NCBI GenBank assembly: GCA_964586135.1 | Contig: CAZPGS010000002.1 | Span: forward strand, 1 to 59,665 | Reading direction: 5' to 3' | Source of the DNA: an uncultured Nitrososphaerota archaeon | GTDB taxonomy: Archaea; Thermoproteota; Methanomethylicia; Nezhaarchaeales; WYZ-LMO8 | DNA: 59,665 nt | Notes under the pieces: generated by a model | What the model was told of the DNA's origin: nothing | Databases searched by the model: none | What the model saw: only the letters and a program-made list of their open reading frames with translations | Shown: piece after piece, positions 54,950 to 59,665 of the stretch | Layout of the letters: every line of letters starts with the position of its first letter | Numbering within the stretch: the first letter of the stretch is position 1 | Made by a program: the position numbers and the translations under genes

Positions 54950-56656
54950 TCAAGGAGCCTTCACAATGGCTATGACGGCGCCGACTATCGTAGCGACGAT
55001 GGCAACGTACCAGAGCACCTCCGTCATTGGGAGCCGGACGCCGAAGGGCGGCGCCCTTGCCTCGACGACCACCTCAGCGGTCGAAGGCTCGTAGAGGTCA
55101 CTGCCAGCGTAGGAGGCCGTGACCGCGTAGCGGCCGGCCTTCTCGAGCTCAACGGGGACGGAGAAGGAGCCATCCCCGCCCGCCGTCACCTCAATCGTCT
55201 TCGCGGACCCGTCGGGCCTCCTGATAGTTATCGTTATCGGGACCGCCATCGCTGGCTCCACCCTCCCCCTGACCACGACCTCCCCTCCCACGTTCACGAC
55301 AGAGGGCTCTGCCGACAAGGCGATGGCGGTCGCGAAAGTGACCTTGAGGGCGCCAACGTCCTTAAAGGCGACCTCCCTCACCTCCGCGTCCCCGAGCCTC
55401 ACTTTAACGCCCTCCTTGGGGAGGACGGAGAGGGTGGCGTCGTCGAGGGCGAGGGCCTTCAGGGGGAATGGAGGGAGGGCGGCACAGAGCGCGACCGACG
55501 CGTTGGAGAGGGCCTTGAGTGTGTCGGCGGGTGCCGAGGCGCCCTTCTTCACGACCCTAGGCGTGACGAGGGTCATCGTCAAGAGGGTCGCGGGAGAGGT
55601 AGCGCTCCCGGCCTCCTCGAGCGAGAGGCACAACCTCCCTCCCTCCACCACCGAGAAGTCCCTGGCGAGGGCTGTCAGGGCGTGGAACAGGAATTGGACG
55701 TCCACCGCGTAGAAGGGCGGGGGGAAGTAGTGCCGCCCGAAGACGTCGTCAACGATGCAGGCGAAGAGGGCGGCCCTGAAGAAGTCCTCATGCAAGGCCC
55801 TCAGAGAGGCCCTCGCGCGACAGGCCGTCGAGTTCTGAAAGGTGCCCACGTAGAAGGTGATGGGGAGGGGCGCCGAGGGAGGACTGAACACCTCGTCGAA
55901 GAGGGTGAAGACGGCCTCGACGCCGAGGAGCTCCCTGAGCTCCTCGACCACCTCCTCCTTGTCGATGAGCGCGCGGAAGCCTACTGCCAGCTCCCCGCCA
56001 CCTTCGCGCTCGGTCTTGGTGGCGTTTAAGACGTCGACGGCCTTGATGGCGTCGCCCCAGCCGGTGAGGCGGGACCGGAAGAGGGAGGCCACGAGGCTCT
56101 TCAGGAGCTCCTCGTCGGTGACGTCGATCACCTCCAAGAAGGCGGTGAAGTTGCCGGTGGCCCTCACCCATAGAAGGCCCCTCCAGGCAGCCCTCGGCCC
56201 GGTGGCCCGCTCATCGACGACGGAGAGGGAGAGCGACGCTTCTGACGTCCCGACCTGCGCCCTACTCTTGAGGCTTATCGCCGTGGCGTCGCCCAGCTCC
56301 GCCCGCACCTCCGTCCCGCTCGCCTCGAAGGAGTAGGTAGGCGTTTCTCCAGGGCTGAGGGTCAGTAGCGTGCAGACCTCGAGGGAGGCGTTCAGGGAGC
56401 CCGTCGGTTCATCGACTTCGAGAGGGGCATTCAGGGACAGCTTGAGGGGCATTGGCTCAAGCCTTCCGACGACGCGGAGGGCGAGCGCAACGCTCCCGTC
56501 CCTGTACACGTAGAGGGTCCCGCTGACCTCCGTCCTCGCGGCCGCCTCCTCGGGGAGGGCCTCCGCGAGGGCTGGAGGCGCCGGAGAAGTCAGGAGGGCT
56601 AAGAGGGCTAAGACTAGCGCCAGCGCCACAGACGCGGGCCTCGAGCTACCCGGCAC
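54950..56656 (-). CDS. large secreted/cell-surface protein with signal peptide, Ig-like (CARDB/Big-like) repeat and C-terminal TM anchor
   Basis: 568 aa with a GTG start. Signal peptide ASVALALVLALLALLTSPAPPALA, Ig-like segment VNVGGEVVVRGRVEPAMAVPITITIRRPDGSAKTIEVTAGGDGSFSVPVELEKAGRYAVTASYAGSDLYEPS, and C-terminal anchor VLWYVAIVATIVGAVIAIV. Confidence 0.65.
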   Translation of the reverse strand: MPGSSRPASVALALVLALLALLTSPAPPALAEALPEEAAARTEVSGTLYVYRDGSVALALRVVGRLEPMPLKLSLNAPLEVDEPTGSLNASLEVCTLLTLSPGETPTYSFEASGTEVRAELGDATAISLKSRAQVGTSEASLSLSVVDERATGPRAAWRGLLWVRATGNFTAFLEVIDVTDEELLKSLVASLFRSRLTGWGDAIKAVDVLNATKTEREGGGELAVGFRALIDKEEVVEELRELLGVEAVFTLFDEVFSPPSAPLPITFYVGTFQNSTACRARASLRALHEDFFRAALFACIVDDVFGRHYFPPPFYAVDVQFLFHALTALARDFSVVEGGRLCLSLEEAGSATSPATLLTMTLVTPRVVKKGASAPADTLKALSNASVALCAALPPFPLKALALDDATLSVLPKEGVKVRLGDAEVREVAFKDVGALKVTFATAIALSAEPSVVNVGGEVVVRGRVEPAMAVPITITIRRPDGSAKTIEVTAGGDGSFSVPVELEKAGRYAVTASYAGSDLYEPSTAEVVVEARAPPFGVRLPMTEVLWYVAIVATIVGAVIAIVKAP

Positions 56657-56739
56657 TCATCTCACCCCGTGGGCTCGGCTAGTTGAAGGGGCCTTAAAAG
56701 AGGGGCGGCAGAGGGCCTGGCGACAAGCCGAAGTAGCCC

Positions 56740-58752
56740 TCACGCCTTTTCGAGCAGTATGCAACCGAACGGCCCTCTGGCGTAGAGCACGCCGGTGGCC
56801 TCGCTACACCAGGCGATTGCCCAGACCTCGTAGCCGCTCACCGGCAACGAGAGCTCGCCACGGGCGAAGTAGACGGTGCCGTCCGAGTAGGCGGTCTTGG
56901 TGACCTCCCAGATCCGCTCCGCGCCCAGATCCTTGACCACGAGCGTGACCCTAGCGCGGGGGACGGGCGCGTAGTCCGGTGCCCTGTGTTCGTAGACCCT
57001 CAGCTTGAACCCGCTCGAGTCCCTTTGAAGGACGGAGAGGGCAAGCTCCCTGTACTCGGCGGAGTTGCTCTCTAGGGCGAACTCGTCTGTGGCGGGGGTC
57101 ATGGGTATCGAGGACAGCCCATTGACCCTGTGGCCGGTCGGCCTCAAGATTTGAGGGTCGATTGAGTCGCTCTCCGCGTAGCTGTGGTTGCTCGAGTCGA
57201 TGCCGGTCTTCAAGCAGACCCTCCTCGTCTCCAAGTCCAAGCCGTAGTAGAGGTAGGGCCTGTTCTTGACGGGGGAGTTGTCGTCGCACCAGAGGCCGTA
57301 GACCCTTATCACGCAGGAGGAGGGCGAGAGCCAGATCTGGTGCACTTCAGGCCTTATGGAGGCGAGCCTGACGTAGATGGTGAAGTCCTTCGAGCCCCCG
57401 CCGTAGGACACGGTTATCACGACGGGGACGTCAACGTAGTCCACCCCCTGGAGGAGCTTGGCCCTGAACACCTTATCTGATTGGAAGCGGACCCACCCGC
57501 TCCTCAGGTCGTCCTCCGTTATCTCCTTGGTGGCCTCGAAGCTACCGCCGTCGGCGTACAACGCCCTGTTGAACGGGTCGCTAGGGTCGATGGTCCAGAA
57601 GTACTCCTTCGGGAAGGAGGCGCTGACGGTCATCTTCACGCCCGGGCTACCTTGGACCTGCACGTAGACGTTGGGCCTGAAGAAGTCCCCGAAGGCGAGC
57701 TTGGTGGGGCCGCTGGGGTCGCTCGGCTCGGCCCAGCCCCGGGGAAGCAACTCCACGGCCGAGTCCTCGTCCTCCAGTCTCCAGTCCTCGGGGCTGGTGA
57801 AGGGGAGGATCACCCTCGGGTCCGCCGTCAGGTTTACGGCCAGGTCTGGAGTGAAGGTTATCTCGACGCTCTCGAACTGGAAGGCGCAGTCGTTGCGCTG
57901 ATCCCACGGCACGTACTGGTAGAACTTCTCGTCGTAAATACTGAGCTCGGCGTCCGTGTGGGCGAGGAGGCCGAAGTAGATGTAGTACTCGCCCGGCTCG
58001 ATCCCCTCCTCCGAGGTGTTGATCGCTATCTCCGGAGTCCAAGTGGTCCCGGTACTGATCTTCTCACCCACCCTGAGGGTGAACAGGTGCTGCAAGTAGC
58101 CGACGCTCGCGTTTTCCCAGCTCGTGCCACTCGGATAGCCCTCCCACTCTACCTCCGTCACCCAGCCGAGCCCCGGCTCGTACCGCACTTCTCTTATTAT
58201 CCTGATGAGGCACACTTGGAAGTAGACGTCTGCGCGAGCCCGGTAGGGATAGCGGCTAGGAAGAAGCTGAGGGTCATAGGTGGGCTTCGCGACGAAGTCC
58301 TGCACCGCCTTGATGCTCGCCCTCACCCTTATGGAAAAGTTGCCCTCGGGGATCTTGATCGACTCCTTCGTGTAAAAGCCCGCGTAGGTCCACATGTCCT
58401 TCTCGTGGCCGCGTACCCTGACCGTCACGCCCCCTTTGATGCCCTTTAGCGCGGGGCCCCAATCCGTAATCCACCTCAGCTCGCCGTCGTAGTAGAAGCA
58501 GTAGCCCCACGAGCGCCCGACCACGTGGTAGGTCCCGTAGGGCCCTTCGAGCCTCTCCGCATAGCCCATCTCCCACCGCCAGAAGTTCTCGTCGAAGGGA
58601 GGGGCCGTGAGGACGTCGGCCCCAGCTGAGCTGAACGGGGTGAGGGGTTCGAGCAGGAGCGAGAGGGCTAGTGCTAGTAATGCGAAGGTTTCGAAGGCGT
58701 TGGCCCTCCTATTTTCAAAGGTATTGCGTGTGAGAGGCTCCCCGAGGCTCAC
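56740..58752 (-). CDS. large secreted hypothetical protein
   Basis: 670 aa with a GTG start. The N-terminal hydrophobic segment is FETFALLALALSLLLEPL. The body is Trp/Tyr-rich and beta-type with no motif I can name. Confidence 0.6.
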   Translation of the reverse strand: MSLGEPLTRNTFENRRANAFETFALLALALSLLLEPLTPFSSAGADVLTAPPFDENFWRWEMGYAERLEGPYGTYHVVGRSWGYCFYYDGELRWITDWGPALKGIKGGVTVRVRGHEKDMWTYAGFYTKESIKIPEGNFSIRVRASIKAVQDFVAKPTYDPQLLPSRYPYRARADVYFQVCLIRIIREVRYEPGLGWVTEVEWEGYPSGTSWENASVGYLQHLFTLRVGEKISTGTTWTPEIAINTSEEGIEPGEYYIYFGLLAHTDAELSIYDEKFYQYVPWDQRNDCAFQFESVEITFTPDLAVNLTADPRVILPFTSPEDWRLEDEDSAVELLPRGWAEPSDPSGPTKLAFGDFFRPNVYVQVQGSPGVKMTVSASFPKEYFWTIDPSDPFNRALYADGGSFEATKEITEDDLRSGWVRFQSDKVFRAKLLQGVDYVDVPVVITVSYGGGSKDFTIYVRLASIRPEVHQIWLSPSSCVIRVYGLWCDDNSPVKNRPYLYYGLDLETRRVCLKTGIDSSNHSYAESDSIDPQILRPTGHRVNGLSSIPMTPATDEFALESNSAEYRELALSVLQRDSSGFKLRVYEHRAPDYAPVPRARVTLVVKDLGAERIWEVTKTAYSDGTVYFARGELSLPVSGYEVWAIAWCSEATGVLYARGPFGCILLEKA

Positions 58753-59433
58753 GTGGGGCTGTGCTTAAAAGGGGGCTGAATGTCAAGGGGAAGACTTAGA
58801 GCGAGGTCGCGGCCTGCGCTTGATGGTTATGAAGTGATGTTCGTCGCCCGACCTTCGACGGGAGGACGTGGAGAAAGCCCCACTGATTATGGTCGGCATC
58901 GTCACCATAAGCTCGGCGCTAGCTTAGCGCTAGCTAAAAATGGCGACTCCCGTAGGAAGTTGCATGGCGATTGCCTTCGCCGAGCAACTAGCCAATTGAA
59001 GAGGCCGTCCCTTTAGCTATTAGATAAGAACGTGGAGTCACGCTATAGAGTAGTAGGCTTGTCAGAGATCGAAGAGGCTTGAAGGCGGAGGCCTTGAAAT
59101 AGGGGTCTCAGAGAGTGATCACCGTGTCGGTTGCGCAACACACAACCGAGATGGCTCTATCGAGCGATCCTTAACGCAGTTCAGAGCTTAAGGCCCTTGA
59201 TGCTACAAGGGCCCGAGAAAGTTGACGGCCACACGTCCTTCGTCATGATCTCTGGCTCTCATGTTGTGCGCTTGAATTAGGTCTTGCCACTCAAGGTTGA
59301 GAGGAGACATTGTTGAAGTAGCATTTAAGCACGTTTATACTTTTGGACCGCCTATCGTGGTGGACTTAGCCCTGACGAGACACAACCATCAAGTCTCAGT
59401 AAAAATGTGATGCGAGGTGAAACGGATATGCAA

Positions 59434-59506
59434 AGCCCCGGGCGGGATTCGAACCCGCGACTTGCGGCTTACAAGGCCGCCGCCATAACCGCTAGGCAAC
59501 CGGGGC
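59434..59506 (-). tRNA. tRNA-Thr (anticodon UGU)
   Basis: The reverse complement is GCCCCGG-UU-GCCU-AGCGGUUA-UGGC-G-GCGGC-CUUGUAA-GCCGC-AAGUC-GCGGG-UUCGAAU-CCCGC-CCGGGGC-U. It forms a cloverleaf of 73 nt with no intron and no encoded CCA. Confidence 0.9.
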
Positions 59507-59618
59507 TTAAAGTACCAATTTCGGGAGACCATAAAAGCGTTAATGTCCTCAGCGATCTCAGCCTCTCGAAGCAAGCTTTTATTTCGGGCTTTGCTCTTTT
59601 TCTAATCGCTTAATCAGA

Positions 59619-59665
59619 GCCGGGTTCGCCTAGTCTGGTAGGGCGCGGGCTTGCTAAGCCCGTTC
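59619..59665 (+). tRNA. tRNA-Ser (anticodon GCU), truncated by the right window edge
   Basis: GCCGGGU-UC-GCCU-AGUCUGGUA-GGGC-G-CGGGC-UUGCUAA-GCCCG-UUC... The acceptor, D-arm and anticodon arm (GCU) are present. The sequence ends where the long variable arm should begin. Confidence 0.75.

Noticed and set aside
57481-58449. 322-aa plus-strand ORF, plus several 70-130-aa ORFs on both strands within 56.9-58.6 kb
   Set aside because: All overlap the 670-aa secreted-protein gene. Their translations are dominated by R, G, P, E, L and V runs and have no start context. They are artefacts of high GC content.
46074-58771. The regularly recurring CTTTT(T)AAG boxes as a CRISPR-like or other repeat array
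   Set aside because: The spacing is irregular (0.4-3 kb) and follows gene boundaries. The boxes are 8-9 nt long and match the local TATA-box consensus. No CRISPR-like repeat-spacer periodicity exists anywhere in the window.

Overview
This is an archaeal chromosomal window. The gene content (TFB, TFE, Nop5-fibrillarin, GatDE, aTrm56, TiaS, S8e/S30e, archaeal-type MAT, RNase P RNA) suggests a hyperthermophilic crenarchaeon (Thermoprotei-like), but the organism cannot be named from the sequence alone. Positions 1 to about 41.6 kb are a dense housekeeping block with a partial RNase P RNA at the left edge. tRNA-Pro(UGG) at 41.59 kb marks a switch to an accessory region. That region starts with a decayed, partly very AT-rich stretch holding a TFIIB-ribbon protein (41.7-44.8 kb). 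It continues with a visibly G+C-richer block (about 46.1-58.8 kb) encoding a type IV pilus/archaellum-superfamily machine: a FlaI-like ATPase, a FlaJ-like platform protein, two 'MKLS.E' pilin paralogs, several pilin-like small proteins and two large secreted proteins. It ends at tRNA-Thr(UGU) and a truncated tRNA-Ser(GCU). The most striking observation is that two essential nucleotide-metabolism genes are interrupted by tiny structured inserts rather than ordinary frameshifts. pyrG carries two inserts (19 nt and 32 nt) and purA carries one (17 nt). Each has bulge-helix-bulge geometry, and removing each one at the canonical bulge positions exactly restores universally conserved protein motifs. 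I interpret them as mRNA micro-introns cut by the tRNA splicing endonuclease. Other notable items are an aldehyde:ferredoxin oxidoreductase fused to hexulose-6-phosphate synthase, a methanogen-type (type-2) SerRS-like gene, an M28 peptidase pseudogene with a GC-rich structured insert, an unannotated S30e gene, and a C/D sRNA candidate. No CRISPR array, rRNA, transposase or integrase was recognised.
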